From NCBI RefSeq assembly GCF_964194155.1, contig NC_135906.1, positions 19,840,001 to 19,904,000 on the forward strand: 64,000 nucleotides of DNA, read 5' to 3'. Each line of letters opens with the position of its first letter. Within the stretch, counting starts at the first letter, position 1. The position numbers and the translations under genes were made by a program. The notes beneath the pieces were generated by a model, which saw only the letters and a list, made by a program, of their open reading frames with translations, did no database searches and was not told the origin of the DNA. Source of the stretch: Cetorhinus maximus (Eukaryota). Positions 39,235 to 52,449 of this stretch are shown piece after piece.

Positions 39235-39445
39235 ATGGGGAAGGATTATTATAAAATCCTGGGCATTAATAAAGGAACAGCAGAAGAAGATATCAAGAAG
39301 GCATATAGGAAGCTAGCCCTTAAGTACCATCCCGATAAGAACAAATCTCCAGATGCAGAGGATAAGTTCAAGGAAATCGCTGAGGCTTATGATGTACTGA
39401 GTGACCCCAAGAAACGGGAAATCTATGACCAATTTGGAGAGGAAG
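39235..39445 (+). CDS. DNAJB1: DnaJ homolog subfamily B member 1 (Hsp40), coding exon 1 (J domain)
   Basis: [25 protein letters not shown]; 211 nt; gtaggc donor; preceded by a polypyrimidine tract and tag acceptor at 39225-39227. Confidence 0.95.
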
Positions 39446-39522
39446 GTAGGCAAGAATTTAATTGCACCCTGAAAGTTCCTGTTTGTTATGGTGCTGTCTG
39501 ACTCACCTGCTCTTTGGATTCA

Positions 39523-39655
39523 GATTCCTCATCACCAGCCTCAGCTGGTAGTTTCTGTTATTTAACTGCTGTCTGAACCTTTGAACTCGAGTTACATCAC
39601 AACAGTTAAATAACAGAAATGACCACATTTTAATATCAGCTGGTGATCAGGAATC
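39523..39655. repeat. Nested inverted repeat (hairpin) in a DNAJB1 intron
   Basis: Outer arms 39523-39539 and 39639-39655 (16/17 match); inner arms 39552-39568 and 39603-39619 (17/17 match). Confidence 0.85.
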
Positions 39656-42600
39656 CAGTAAATTTCAAGCTGCAAAGATCCAATGTAGATCAGATGATTT
39701 CCCTTCAATTGGAAAATTGAGAGTTGAATCTACAACATTCTTCAGATTTGATAATGAGTTGTTCTCCTTCATACCAAGTGGCCAACGTTTGGAATGAATA
39801 GAGTATTGGAGCTGTAAAACCAGAAATCGATTAGATGGTGCAACAAGGGGTCGGGGGTTAAGACTGTTGGGTATTTTGGAATGAATGAAATAAGATGGGC
39901 CGAATGGCCTTTCTCATTCACAGTTATCTTGTGGCTTCCAGTATAGCTGAAGTCCCTCCTTTCTCTCCTGATTTTAGGGAGGGTTTGTACTGTCCCCGTT
40001 CTAGATTTAAGCCAGACATTTCCTGGGATATTGTGAGGAAGCCAGCATGGAAACTATATGCAATAATCACACTGTCTTAGCAACAAGACCAGGTTGTTAG
40101 ATATTCCTATCTTGAACTTCTGCTACGGCTTTCAAAATACTGAATGTGTCCATTTTTATTAAGTTTACTACTGCTGAAAATTTGCATCCATACTCTTTGT
40201 AACCAAAATAGTGAAAAGCCTGTATTTGTCACCTTTAATTGCTACTTTGAGTTTCAGACATTTGCACGTTGACAGAACTGGCTGAAGAAATTAATGTGAT
40301 GAATCACTATGCAAACTAGGTGGCAAATACACAGAAATCCTCTAGATCAGTGAGCAGACAACTTTCTTCTCATGACTGCATTCAACAACAAAGCATTTAC
40401 TCTGTTAAAAGCAGTTCACTAAGAGTAAAAATATTCTAATAAAGGAACAGGGTTTAAATCTTCTCACCATGAATAATTGGAGTGACTGTTTCTCATTGTA
40501 TCCTGATTCGCACAAAGTCCTGTTCTCCCATCACCCCTGTGCTTGCTGACCTATATTGGCTCCTGGTCCAACAACGCATCAGTTTTTAAAATTCTCATTG
40601 TGTTCTAATCCCTCTGTGGCCTCATCCTTCCCTACCTCTGTAACCTCCTCCAGCCCTACAATCCTCTGAGATCTCCGTGTTCCTCAAAATTTTGGCCACT
40701 TGCGCACCCCCAGTTTTCATTGCTCCACCAATGGCAGCTGTGCTTTCAGCTACAATGCAAGAGTATTTCATTGGCTGTAAAGCACCTTAGGATGTCCTGA
40801 GGGTGCGACAGGCTCTATTTAAATGCAATTTCTTTCTTTGACCCTTTTCCCAGCACCAGAATGTCATAACCAATAGAAGAGCTCTTAATGTCACACTGGC
40901 TGAGATCAGCTAACTCGGCATTGACCTGAAATCAAATGTTCAACGTTCCCGCTCTCTGCCTTTCCAGCATCACAAGTGTTGCACCTAGCCACTCAGCTAT
41001 CAGGAGAGTTATCCATGGGCTTTGTCCCAATGAGCCTCTCTCTGAATGGGCATCCTTTTTTTATCGCTGAATGCTAATAAATCAATTTGTCCTGTGCTGG
41101 TCAGCACTTGGAAACAAAAAGAAACTGGTTTCCTTGTTGCAGGGAAGGTTCTGGCCCATAGCAGCTGAATAATTTCCCCCTCACTGTGCCCCTCACACCG
41201 CCCTCTGCCCCTGCCCCACCCCCACCCAGCCCAGCCCACAGCAATATTGTTATCGTAACTCATCTGCCTGGATATTATGTTCAATGTGTACTGCCTGACA
41301 TGATACAGTCATGTGGTGCTAACTGCAACTGCTAAAGAAGCTAGGAGAAAGGCCAGTTAGCCCCTCGAGTTTGTTCTACCATTTGGTTCGATCGTGATTG
41401 GTCTGTACCTTGACTCCATTTATCTGCCTTGGTTTCATATCCCTAACAAAAATCTATTACTCAGTTATGAAGTTTTTTTTTCAGTTGCCCTTCCCTCCCC
41501 CTCAACCCCCCTCCAAGATTTTCAATACCTTTTGTGTGGAGAAGTCCTGACATTACCCCCGAACAGCCTAGCTTTAATATTAAGGATACGTCCTGTATAC
41601 ACATTGGAAAGTGCACCTGGACATTAAGTGTCAGTCTCCCTTCGTCGAATAGCTTGCCAACATTGGCTAGGCTAACCATGAAGAATGAGCAGCAGGTTAT
41701 TGTTGCCCCTGGAGCCAAGTTCCAGCAAGACTCCGCACCTGAAGTAGAGGACAGCAAAATACCACAGATACATTATGAAATCCTTCAACACATCTTAAAC
41801 TGAAGGACAAGAATTGGGCCTACAATTGGATCTTTACCACTTGAAATGTATCGGATTCCTGACTAGCAACTGGTGTTAAACATGTTCATTTCTTTTAGTT
41901 AACTGTTGTGATGCAACTTGAGTCCAAAGGTTCAGTCGGCACCATCTAAACAAGAGGTCCTTCGAGGCTTGGCAACACTCTCCTATTCATTCTAACACCT
42001 CTCTCACTCGTTTCCCTATTTGAACTTTGTGTCTGGAGTTTTAGAAAGGGCTTTTCTTAATGCTGTTAACTCAGTGATGGACAAGTGCGAAATCAGAATG
42101 CTGAGTTCTGGTGGGTTCAGTAACTACAGATGACTGGGAATTATTGGAAAGTATTAAACCTTTAGCTTGGCCCTGGGACTTAAGGGTACACACATGAGCC
42201 ATGATGATCAAAGCTGCATATCTAGTCTAGTGTGTACGACATGCCACAGGTTGCCTATATTCATTTTATTAAATTTTAGTAATTGCAGGGATAAAATACT
42301 GAAAGTATTTTCTGTTCCCCAGCCATCAACTCCATCCCTCTCTCTGGTCGTTGAGTCTGAATCAGACTGTTCGCAAACTTGGTATCCTGTTTGACCCCAA
42401 GATGAGCTCCCAACCCCATATTCCCTCTATCACCAACATTGTCCATCTCCGCCCCTGCCTTAGTTCATCTGCTGCTGAGACCCTCATCCATGCCTTTGTT
42501 ACTTCCCAGACTCAACTATTCAAATGCTCTCCCAACTGGTCTTCCACCCTTCATAAAGCTGATCTCAATCCAGAACTGTCACTAAGTTCTGTTCACCCCT

Positions 42601-43291
42601 CACCCCAGTGCTTGCTGAACTATATTGGCTCACCGGTCCAGCAACGTTTTTCGTTTCAAAGTCTTGCCCTCGTGTTCAAATCCCTTCATGGCCACACCTT
42701 CCCTTATCTCTGCATACTCCTCCAGCCCTCCAATCTTCCAAAAACTGTGTTCCTCCAATTCTGCATGTTTCTGACTTTCTTTCGCTCTATAATTGGTGCC
42801 TCCAGTTGTCTAGGCCCTAAGTTGTGAAATTTGCTCTCTAAACCTCTCCGCCACAAGATGCACTGCAGGAACTCACCAAGGCTCCTTCGACAGCACCTTC
42901 CAACCCATGACCACTACCATCTAGAAGGACAAAGGCAGCAGATAGATGGGAACACCACCACCGAGAAGCTCCCCTCCAAGTCAATCCCCATCCTGACTTG
43001 GAAATATATCGCCGTTCCTTCACTGTCACTGGGTCAAAATCCTGGAACTCCCTCCCTAACAGCACTTTGGGTGTACCTACACCACATGAACTGCAGTGGT
43101 TCAAGAAGACAGCTCACCACCACCTTCTTAAGGCAACTAGGGATGGACAATAAATGCTGGCCCAGCCAGCGGAGCCCACATCCCATTAATTAATTTTTAA
43201 AAACTGTTCAGGCGTGCTTTTAAACCTATGTATCAAACCAAGCTTTTAGTCACCCATATCTCCTTTGGGTCAGTGTCAGTATTTGCTTCCT

Positions 43292-43606
43292 CAGGTATAC
43301 AAGTAGTCATTTGATAGTACAGAATTCAAGCATTGCTGAAAGAGAGACCTATCGAAGCTTTTCGTCATGCACTCATCAGGACACTTTGCAAGAATACCAA
43401 CGTAAGGAGAAAACAACCATTTATACTGTATGAGATTAGAGTGCTGTTTGGTTGGCAAGTGAACTCTGACTCAGAGTCCAGTTGCCAACCAATCGGCACT
43501 CTCTCCCCATACGGTATAAGTTGTTGCTTTCCACTTATCAGGACACTTTGTAAGAATACTATGAGTGCAAGACAAAAAGCTTCACTCTGACTCTTTTTTT
43601 CAGCAA
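43292..43606. mobile_element. Fold-back element of the second PLE family, inserted in an L2-type tail
   Basis: Inverted arms centred at ~43470; 12 bp TSD tatttgcttcct at 43280-43291 and 43607-43618. Confidence 0.8.
43350..43383 (-). ncRNA. Minimal type I hammerhead ribozyme motif with complete core
   Basis: Minus strand tgtc-CTGATGA-gt gcatg ac-GAAA-agctTC^gata; UUC cleavage triplet; AAGCTT palindrome. Confidence 0.75.
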
Positions 43607-43916
43607 TATTTGCTTCCTGTGAAGTATCTTGGGACATTTTCCTTCATTAAAGGTTCTAAGTAAGTAAAGCTGTTTCTGTGGAGAGTAATTGCTGAACTTC
43701 ACATTTTCCAATCGCCCCCCCACCCACCACCACCACCGATCGTGCTCTTACTCTTGGATGCCCAGTTGTCCTGTGTTGAAACTTAATCTCTCCTGTGCTC
43801 TTGTTGATTTTGCCAGGTTCAGTGAGTTCAGTATCTTGATGGCTTGAAAATATCACTGTTGTGCTGATTCTGGTTGTTTTCTAAAACTAATCGTCGCCTT
43901 TCTCCTTCTGCTTTAG

Positions 43917-44497
43917 GGTTAAAGGGTGGTGGATCTGCAGGTCCCAATGGCACCAACTTCCAGTACACATTCCACGGGGACCCCCACGCTGTGTTTGCCG
44001 AATTTTTTGGGGGGAGGAACCCATTCGACATATTCTTTGGACAAAGAAATGGCGAGGAAGACATGGAGATTGACGATGATCCCCTGAGCTCTTTCAGTGG
44101 ATTCAGCATGGGAGGCATGGGCAATATGGGCGGCATGGGTGGCATGTCTGGGTTTCACCGGACACGGGGGTCTGCCAAAAAGCAGGACCCGCCCGTCACC
44201 CACGATCTGAAAGTTTCCCTGGAAGAGATTTTTACCGGCTGCACCAAGAAGATGAAAATCCGGCGGAAGCGGCTGAACCCTGACCGGCATACGTCGAGGC
44301 AGGAGGACACCATCCTCACCATCGAAATCAAGAAGGGTTGGAAGGAAGGGACAAAGATCACCTTTCCCAAGGAAGGGGATGAAACGGCCAACAACATTCC
44401 TGCGGATATCATCTTCGTGCTGAAGGACAAGCCACATCCAGTCTTTAAACGGAACGGATCCGATATCATCTATCAGGCAAAGATCAGCCTCCGGGAG
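43917..44497 (+). CDS. DNAJB1: DNAJB1 coding exon 2 (G/F region and C-terminal domain I)
   Basis: YTFHGDPHAVFAEFFGGRNPFDIFFGQRNGEE and KQDPPVTHDLKVSLEEI..KKGWKEGTKITFPKEGD; 581 nt; canonical ag/gtaagt. Confidence 0.96.
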
Positions 44498-45490
44498 GTA
44501 AGTGCTCCTTTTGGTTTGGTTGTGCGGCCTAGATGTCGAGATCATGGAGAGGGTCTGTAGGAGATTTACTAGAATGGTTCCCATGTATGTGAGATTCCAG
44601 TTATGTGGAGAGACTGGGACTGTTCTGCTTACAGCAGAGACGGTTAAGGGGAGATTTAGTAGAAGTGTTCAAAGTGATGAAGAGCTTTGATAGGGGAAGC
44701 AAAGGAGAAACTGTTTCCACTGGTGAGTGTCGGTAACTAGAGGAACACGTTTAAAATAAACATAGGCAGGTTTTAATTTTTGTTTAATGCAGTGAGTTAT
44801 GATCAGGAACACACTGCTTGATAGGAGAGTGGAAGCAGATTCAATAATTCCTTTCAAAAAGGAACTGGATAAATACCTTTAAGGAGAAAATTTGTTGGGC
44901 CACGGGGAATGAGCGGTGGCTCTGGGACTAATTAGTCAGCTTTTTCAAAGACCAGGCACAGGCACGATGGGGCTGAATCACCCGTCCTTCTGTGCTGAAT
45001 CATTCTATGGTCTTTGTTTTAAAACAAATCGTTTTTAAAGTTCTTAGCCTTGCATGGCCTTTCCCCACCACCTCCAGCCCTACAACTCTCTCCGATCACT
45101 GGATTCTTCCAATTCTGGCCTTTTGAGCATCACTGACTTCCATTGCTGACCTAATTGGTGGCCGTGCCTTCAGCTGCCTACACCCTAAGCTCTGGAATTC
45201 CCTCCCTAAACCTCTCAGCCTTGCCAGCCCCCTCTCTCCTTTTTAAGATGTTCCTTAAAACCCACCTCTTTGACCTTTTGGGTCACCTGTCCTAATATCA
45301 CCTTGGGTAACTCAGACTGTCAGATTTTTGTCTCGACAGTGCTCCTGTGAAGCAGGCTGGGTCGTCTTACCAAGTTGGCGGTGTTATCTAAATGCAGGTT
45401 GTTGAGAGGCTGCTCCTGCCATACCTCCTGTGATGGAAGATCGGTAGCTAGTGTCACTTCACTAACCTATCTATTCCTTCTGTTGCCTAG

Positions 45491-45721
45491 GCCCTATGCG
45501 GTTGCACATTATCTATACCGACACTGGATAAGAAAACCCATATGATGGCATTCAAGGATGTCATTCAGCCAGGCTCGCAGAGAAGGATACAATCGGAAGG
45601 GTTGCCACTGCCAAAGCAACCAGACCGGCGTGGCGACCTGGTGATCGAGTTTCACGTGCGTTTTCCCGAATCTCTCTCAAACGCAACGAAGGATAAACTC
45701 AAGGAACTCCTGCCACTGTAA
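45491..45721 (+). CDS. DNAJB1: DNAJB1 coding exon 3
   Basis: ALCGCTLSIPTLD..EGLPLPKQPDRRGDLVIEFHVRFP..LKELLPL*; 231 nt; total CDS 1023 nt, i.e. 340 aa. Confidence 0.95.
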   Translation, partial: ALCGCTLSIPTLDKKTHMMAFKDVIQPGSQRRIQSEGLPLPKQPDRRGDLVIEFHVRFPESLSNATKDKLKELLPL

Positions 45722-45881
45722 CTGCTGCAGAGATCTTGGGAGTCCAGTGATTTGTGGGATGGGGGAAAAGGAAAGAAAGAAGTTGTATTTTAGTGGACTG
45801 TAACTGCTAGGCTGTGGTCCTAAAGTAGTCATCCCAACTTGGACATTTACTATTGAGCAAGTTGCTTAATGGGCTTTTTAA

Positions 45882-46106
45882 AATAAAAAAATCTATATTC
45901 CAGTCTTTACACAATTCCAAACTGTTGGTGCGCAGACTGTACCTTCAGAACATTAGCACCAACTGTCCAATCCTGTATGTTTTGTTGTTCAGTGTAAATA
46001 ATGCATTCATTTGTAACCAAAAGTAATATGCGACATAAATAGTATTGGCCATTCTATTCAAATATTGTCTATCTGTAACTCATTACCTCTTTGTTAAAAC
46101 AATAAA
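45882..46106 (+). terminator. DNAJB1 candidate polyadenylation signals
   Basis: AATAAA at 45882-45887 and 46101-46106, the latter followed by U-rich sequence. Confidence 0.6.
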
Positions 46107-47890
46107 TCATTTTCCTTCATTTTCTCGAACTATTACATCGATTCTCAGTCCTGTTCCAAAGTTTTAACCAAAAAAAAAAAACGGGTTTACCTTTTGAAAA
46201 GGAAATTAGACGTTCTTCATTTTCTAGTTTGCCCTTGAGGCGGTGGTTGTGAACTCCTTTGGTGAACCGCTACGTTTCATGGGGTGAGTGTACTCCCACA
46301 GTGCTGTTAGGGAGGGAGTTCCAGCACTTTGACCCAGTGACCAGGAAAGAACAGCCATTCACATCCAAGTCAGGATGGTGTGGTGACCAAATGGAGGTGG
46401 TGGATTTTCCCATGCACCCTACTGCCTTTGTCCTTTTAAGAGCAGGGGTGGAGAAACCTCTTCCTTATCAAGGGCCACTCACTCCCAGGCAAAATCAGTC
46501 ATGGGCCCCACACACACACACACACACACACAAAAACCAACTTTATTTTTTTAAAGGAGAAAAGTTCAATGTGCCCACTGCTTTAATGCAGTGGCTGAGT
46601 TCGCTTTTCCTTCGTGAACCTTGTTACTTCTGGTGCTGATGATGTTGCTACTTGCAACTGGCTTTCCAAATTCACATCTGTTAATCTGACACGCCAGACG
46701 GTTCTGCGTGAGAAAAAGTTTTGAAAAAAAACTGCTCACAGCAGTGTGGAGTTCCAAACAGCGGTGCAATTTTCAGCGCATCTCCTCCAGTTCAGAAATT
46801 CATCGGTTGCCTACGTGAGGCCTGTAGAATTTCAGCAGAGGCACATTATTGTGTTTAGCCTTGTGATACTAGATTTGATATCAATCACACTCTTATCAAA
46901 TGCCTTCTATTTAAGAAATGTCCGTTTCCGATCACTGGCTGACAAGGTGGTACGTGCCTCTGGGTAGTAAACAGCAGTTAAAAAGCAGAGCTGTACACAA
47001 TTTCTAACACCAACACAAAAACAAAAATAGCTGGAAAAACTCAGCAGGTCTGACAGCATCTGCGGAGAGGAAGACAGTTAGCATTTTGAGTCCGTGTGAC
47101 TCTTCAACAGACTCTTCTTCTGTTTCTGCATCCAAATCACCAGGACGACCATTGTGTGTCAGGCCTGGCATTTCATGGGATGCGAGAAGGTTACATTTCA
47201 GTTCTGTTCTTTTGAGAAGTGCACCAGTGCTGCACGTTTATATCATTAATTCATTTCACGCTTTCCACCCACCACCACCACCCCCCCACCCCTGCCAATA
47301 ATGGACGAGATGGTACTGGAGCACGATGGTAGAATTAAACCAGTGATCACCAAAGTAATCCGTCTCAAAATCAGTCGCAATACACACACGTGGGCATATT
47401 GAATAGAGCAGAACATTCATCGATTTGGCAGCGGGGGGTTCTTTTCACTCCTGTGCAGAGTCACTTTCCTGTTGACCTTTGCAGTTTTACGCATGACTTC
47501 AGAGCGCTTGATGATGACACGAGGTGTCAGAGCGGAAAAAAAAAACCCTTCTCAAAGAATCAGAGACCCGAGCAAGCGAAGAGTAACTTGAGGGCAGCAG
47601 AGGAACAGCTAGTTTGATGTGGAGCGTATTAGTTTGCAGATCAATTGGAGTTGGATAATTGACTTTCCGAATTCTCAGGGAATAAAGGTGAGGGACTGAA
47701 GCTTGGTATCATGCTTCAGGAGAGTTGCGCCACTTAGGATGGAGCATTAAGAGGGGTGAGGGGGTGGGGGGGTAATGCGCCTGCTGCAGACAGTGACCTT
47801 GACCAACGGTTCTAAGGTGCCGGTGAGTAGATTTCCAATGGGGGCACTGTCAGGTTCCGTGGTCACCCCATCTGAATAGGAGAAAATTGT

Positions 47891-48269
47891 ATAATGAAAT
47901 AAAAGCAAAATACTGCGGATGCTGGAAATCTGAAACAAAAAACAAAAATAGCTGGAAAAACTCGGCAGGTCTGGCAGCATCTGCGGAGAGGAACACAGTT
48001 AACGTTTCGAGCCCGTATGACTCTTCAACAGAGCTAAGGAAAAATAGAAAAGAGGTGGAATATAACCTGGTTGAGGGGGAGGTGGGGGGGGGGGGGGGGG
48101 TGGAGGCGGGACAGGTGAAGCTGGATAGAGGGCCAGTGATAGGTGGAGGCAAAGAAGAGACTGCCAAAGATGTCATAGACAAAAGGACAAAGGGGTGTTG
48201 ACGGTGGTGATATTAGCTAAGGAATGTGCCAATGGTGACGTTAAGGGTAGAAAGCAGGACGAGCAAAAT
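47891..48269 (-). mobile_element. PLE 3' fragment with hammerhead-like motif (a shorter one lies at ~47010-47112)
   Basis: Same family as the 1910 element; TSD gagaaaattgt at 47880-47890 and 48270-48280. Confidence 0.85.
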
Positions 48270-49149
48270 GAGAAAATTGTGCCTGAGCTCAAACATGGAA
48301 AGTGTCAATTCCACAACGACCAGGCAAATCGACCCTGCCCTTCGAACGCCGTTGCCAGGCCAAACGCCTCCTTCATATCAGGAAGAGGCAAGATTGGAGA
48401 AATGGAAATAAAACCATTATGCGTAACTCTGTGCATCGTGCCCGATTTAAGCGGCTGTTGTTATCTGTGTCCCAAGGTCGTGAAGCGGATTAAGTGTGTT
48501 CCGTCGGGAAACCTGGGATCGACAATCAAGGATTGATACTTCATTCCGGTGGGCCGGATTGCCCCCCCCCACCCCCACTGAGCCGGGGATTCCCCAGTTC
48601 TGTTCTAGAGGCTGGAGGCTGTGGGTTTGAAAGGTGCTCTCAAAGGAGCATCGGCAAGTTGCTGCAGTGCATCTCGTCTATGGTACACACTGCAGGCACA
48701 ATGTGCCAGTGATGGAGGGAGTAGGAACTTTCTGAGTGTTGTTGCAACTGCACCCATCCAGGCAAGCGGAGAGTATTCCTCACACTCCTGACTTTGGAGG
48801 TGGTGGACAGGCTTTGGAAGGTCAGGAGGTTAGTTACTCTCTACAGAACGCCTGGCTTCTGACCACTTTCAAGATAAAAGCTACATTAAAGGCACCTTAC
48901 AAATGTGAGATGTTTTTGTCTTTTTACAGTGCAAAGAGTGCTGCGATTTCATTTTTTTCTCAAAGGGAAGAACTTGTATTCTGTAATGCAGAGACATAGC
49001 TGTCAATTTACAGGCAGCAAGATCTCAAAAACAAACATGAGGCAAGCAGGCAGATAATCTGTTTTAAGGGGTTGTGGCAAAAGTATTTTGAGAGAGATTT
49101 GTTGACCAGGTCAACTGCTCCGCTGGAACCGTGTAATCTTCCTTTATTC

Positions 49150-49500
49150 TTTCATGGTATGTGGGCATCGCTGGCAAGGCCAGCATTTGTTGCCCATCCC
49201 TAATTGCCCTTGAACTGAGGGCAGTGATTAGTGAACCACATGGCTGTGGGTCTGGAGTCACATGTAGGCCAGACCAGGTAAGGATGGCAGATTTCCTTCT
49301 CTAAAGGACATTAGCGAACCAGATGGGTTTTTACAACAATCGATGATAGTTTCATGGTCACCATTACTGAGACTAGATTTCAATTCCAGATTTATTACTT
49401 GAATTTAAAAATCTACCTGCTGCCATGATGGGATTTGAACCACCTTCCCTAGAGCATTAGCCTGCGCCTCTACATTACTAGTCCAGTGACATCACCACTA
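49150..49500 (-). mobile_element. tRNA-derived SINE with CR1-type tail
   Basis: Box B-like gatttgaac and box A region near 49432-49499; tail shared with the 13712 LINE (gggcatcgctggcaaggccagcatt..taattgcccttga). Confidence 0.7.
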
Positions 49501-50438
49501 TCTTTCCCCCATACTCACAATCCATTGTTGGATCTTAATAAGAGTAACCAAGAAAGCTTGGTGGGGGGGTGCGTGAGGGGAGGGGTGTGGGGGAGGGGAG
49601 CGTGAGGGTGGTGTCACCTCTGGGCAACCATGGTGGACAATAAATACAGTGTCGCTGGAAATAACTATTTTAAAAGCTGTTTGCCCAACCTGCAATGTTC
49701 GTCCAAGTAGGAGTTTACTAAATGTTTTTCTGCACAAGTTCACATCTGGCAGTAGCGGGCTTGAGAAGTGCTTCATATACCAGTACAATTCTGTGTACTT
49801 CCTAGGAACCAGGGGTCTCTTGCGTATATCAGTTTACACACTGAACAATAGTGTTAACTTGTTCCAATGTGGAAGAGAGAAACTGCGCATTCTTCCATTC
49901 CCTAGCACTTGTACTAATCTAATCCTTCTAGTTCCTTCCTTCTGATCTATTGCAATTTATAAATTTAAGGGTAAACTGGGGTTTTAATCACCTAAATTAC
50001 AGCCACTTTATTCTGTGTTGTCTTCTGACTGACTGGTCTAATGTTGTTCAATCAATAGTGGATTATCCAGGATTAGCACAATACTTGAACTGATGTTAAA
50101 GTTTGTTGGATGACACTGCAGTGATGCTCAGTGTTACATGAACCTCCTTGAAATAAACTATCATGTTTGGTTCCAGGACTCAAGTCTGTCTGTATATTCA
50201 GTCTTGTCTGTGGACACTTTCCTTGTTCATAGTGGGAGCAAGTTGGAGAAAGGTGGTTTATACGAAATGAACCCCTGTGTAGTGGGGACTTTAATGCAAC
50301 ATTACAGGGAGAATTCAGCTGGTACAAGTGTAATTTTGCAAGCTCGCCCTTAAATGTTTTAAGTAGTTTTTTCTTTTGCCAAAAAAGCTTTTAATTCTTT
50401 CTGCAAGGCAGTCAAGGAAATAGTCACCAACACAAAGG

Positions 50439-50634
50439 TAACAAAAATAAAAAAATGCTGGCAAAGCTCAGCAGGGGCCTGACAACATCTGTGGAGAGAA
50501 AGACAGAGTTAACGTTTCGAGTCCGTATGAAGTTAACTCTGTCTTTCTCTCCACAGATGCTGTCAGACCTGCTGAGTTTTGCCAGCATTTTTGTTTTTGT
50601 TTCAGATTTCCAGCATCCGCAGTATTTTGCTTTT
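50439..50634. mobile_element. Mini fold-back PLE
   Basis: Inverted arms around a truncated hammerhead (gtttcgagtccgtatga); 10 bp TSD aacacaaagg at 50429-50438 and 50635-50644. Confidence 0.85.
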
Positions 50635-51191
50635 AACACAAAGGGAAGCCAATATGTATTCCTCTCCGCAGATGCTGTCAGACCTGAGTTTTTCCAGCTG
50701 TTTTTGTTTTTGATACAGCCTAACGATTGTCCCAGTGAAACTTCAATTCTTGGAGGTGTCAGCTGTGGCTCAGTTCATAGCACCCTCGCCTTTGAATCAG
50801 AGGGTTGTGGGTTCATGTCCCACTCCGGGAAACCAATAACTGTGATTGTACTCGAAAGAGTTGCAATCTGTGACTGTTGATAACTCGAAAGAGTTGAAAC
50901 TTCAATTCTGTCTCTGTATCATTGGTCTCTCCAAGGCTCCCCCTACTGTGTGATGAACAGGATTACAGTCAGATAATGAGTAGAGTCTCTGAATGATGGG
51001 GCAATGAAGAAATTACTTTTAAAGCAGGGTCATTAGGTATTGGAATACTTTCCCACTTGTGGATATTGAGCAAAGAGTTAGAATGGAATTGCATAAAACT
51101 TTATAATCAGCGATCATGATCTATTTCAAAGTTTGTTAACTCCCTGTACCACTGGAGCTGAGCTGAAACTCTTATGTTTCTGTTTTTCTTC

Positions 51192-51230
51192 AATCCTGAT
51201 GAAAGGTTATCTCGACCTGAAACATTAGCT
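51192..51230 (+). ncRNA. Hammerhead core in an older PLE remnant (~51175-51295)
   Basis: CTGATGA-a-aggtt atctc gacct-GAAA-catt; stem II intact, stem I decayed. Confidence 0.55.
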
Positions 51231-52449
51231 CTTGATTCTCTCTCCACAGATGCAGTCTGACCTGCTGAGTATTTCCAGCATTTTTTGTTTTCATCACAGA
51301 CAAAAACTAGCTGGGGAGAGGGCAAGAGGAATGTCGTTATAAAGCCAAAAGAAAGGTAAATTGCACCTTTTGAGAGAGTGAATCATAACGCAAAGCGCAG
51401 AAGGAGGCCATTCAGCCCACTGTGACTGTGCCACCTCCAACCGGTTCCACATAGCTCTGCAAATGTTTCCTTTTCAAGTATTTATCCAATTCCCTTTTGA
51501 AAAGTACTATTGAATCTGCTTCCACTGCCCTTTCAGAGATTTCAAGGGCAATTTTCATTACAGGATTGTGGTGATGACACATATTTTGTTCGATTGGCTG
51601 CATTCCCCAGTTTAAATTGGCAGATATTTAGGGAACCAACGCCTTCCTCTCTTACAATGCACCGCCTAGCGCAGCCTGCCTGTTCAAACAAGGTAAACAC
51701 ATGGAACTAATAATTTATATCGGCATTACATAGAATTCGCAACACACTAACAGGCCATTCAGCCCAACTGGTTAATGCTGGTGTTCCACATGAGCCTCCT
51801 CCCACTCTACTTAATCTCACCCTATCCGCATATCCTTCCAAACCTTTCTCCCTCATGTGTTTATCCATCTTCCCCTTAAATGCACCTACACTATTCTCTT
51901 CAACGACACTTTGCTGGAACATGCCCCATGTTCTTACCACTCTCTTGTTGAAGAATTTTCTCCTGAAGTCCTGAGTAAATTTATTAGTGACCATCTTACA
52001 TTGATATCCGCTAGTTTTGGATGACCGGGAGCTCAGCAGTGCTGTTTAGAGGAACCCCTCTGCTTGAATATTTAAAAGAAGCTACCTCCACACAGTCACT
52101 TTCTCAAAGTGCTTTTAAAATTACTTGACATTGCAATAATCTCTCGCTGATTCACAGAAGTAAAGAGTTTGAAATAGGGATGGCAGAGAATAAAATATGC
52201 ATTCCTGTGGTAATTAAGTAGTTTCTAGTCAGCAATAAAGTGAAAGGCATATTACAAAAAGTAATGACTGAACTCACAGCAGAAATTATTTATGCTGATG
52301 GTGTGTTACAGTTCATTCAGGGAGTCTGGGTTGCTGTGGTTAGAGGTTTCTGGCTGACCAGCAACCTCTCCTGCTCTTACTACCTGCCATTGGCATGTGT
52401 TGGAAGCAATTGCAGGTTGATACTCACAACCTGTTTGGCTGTGCTATTT

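Noticed and set aside
43828-44584. Antisense ORFs over DNAJB1 exon 2
   Set aside because: Shadow frames of a GC3-rich coding exon
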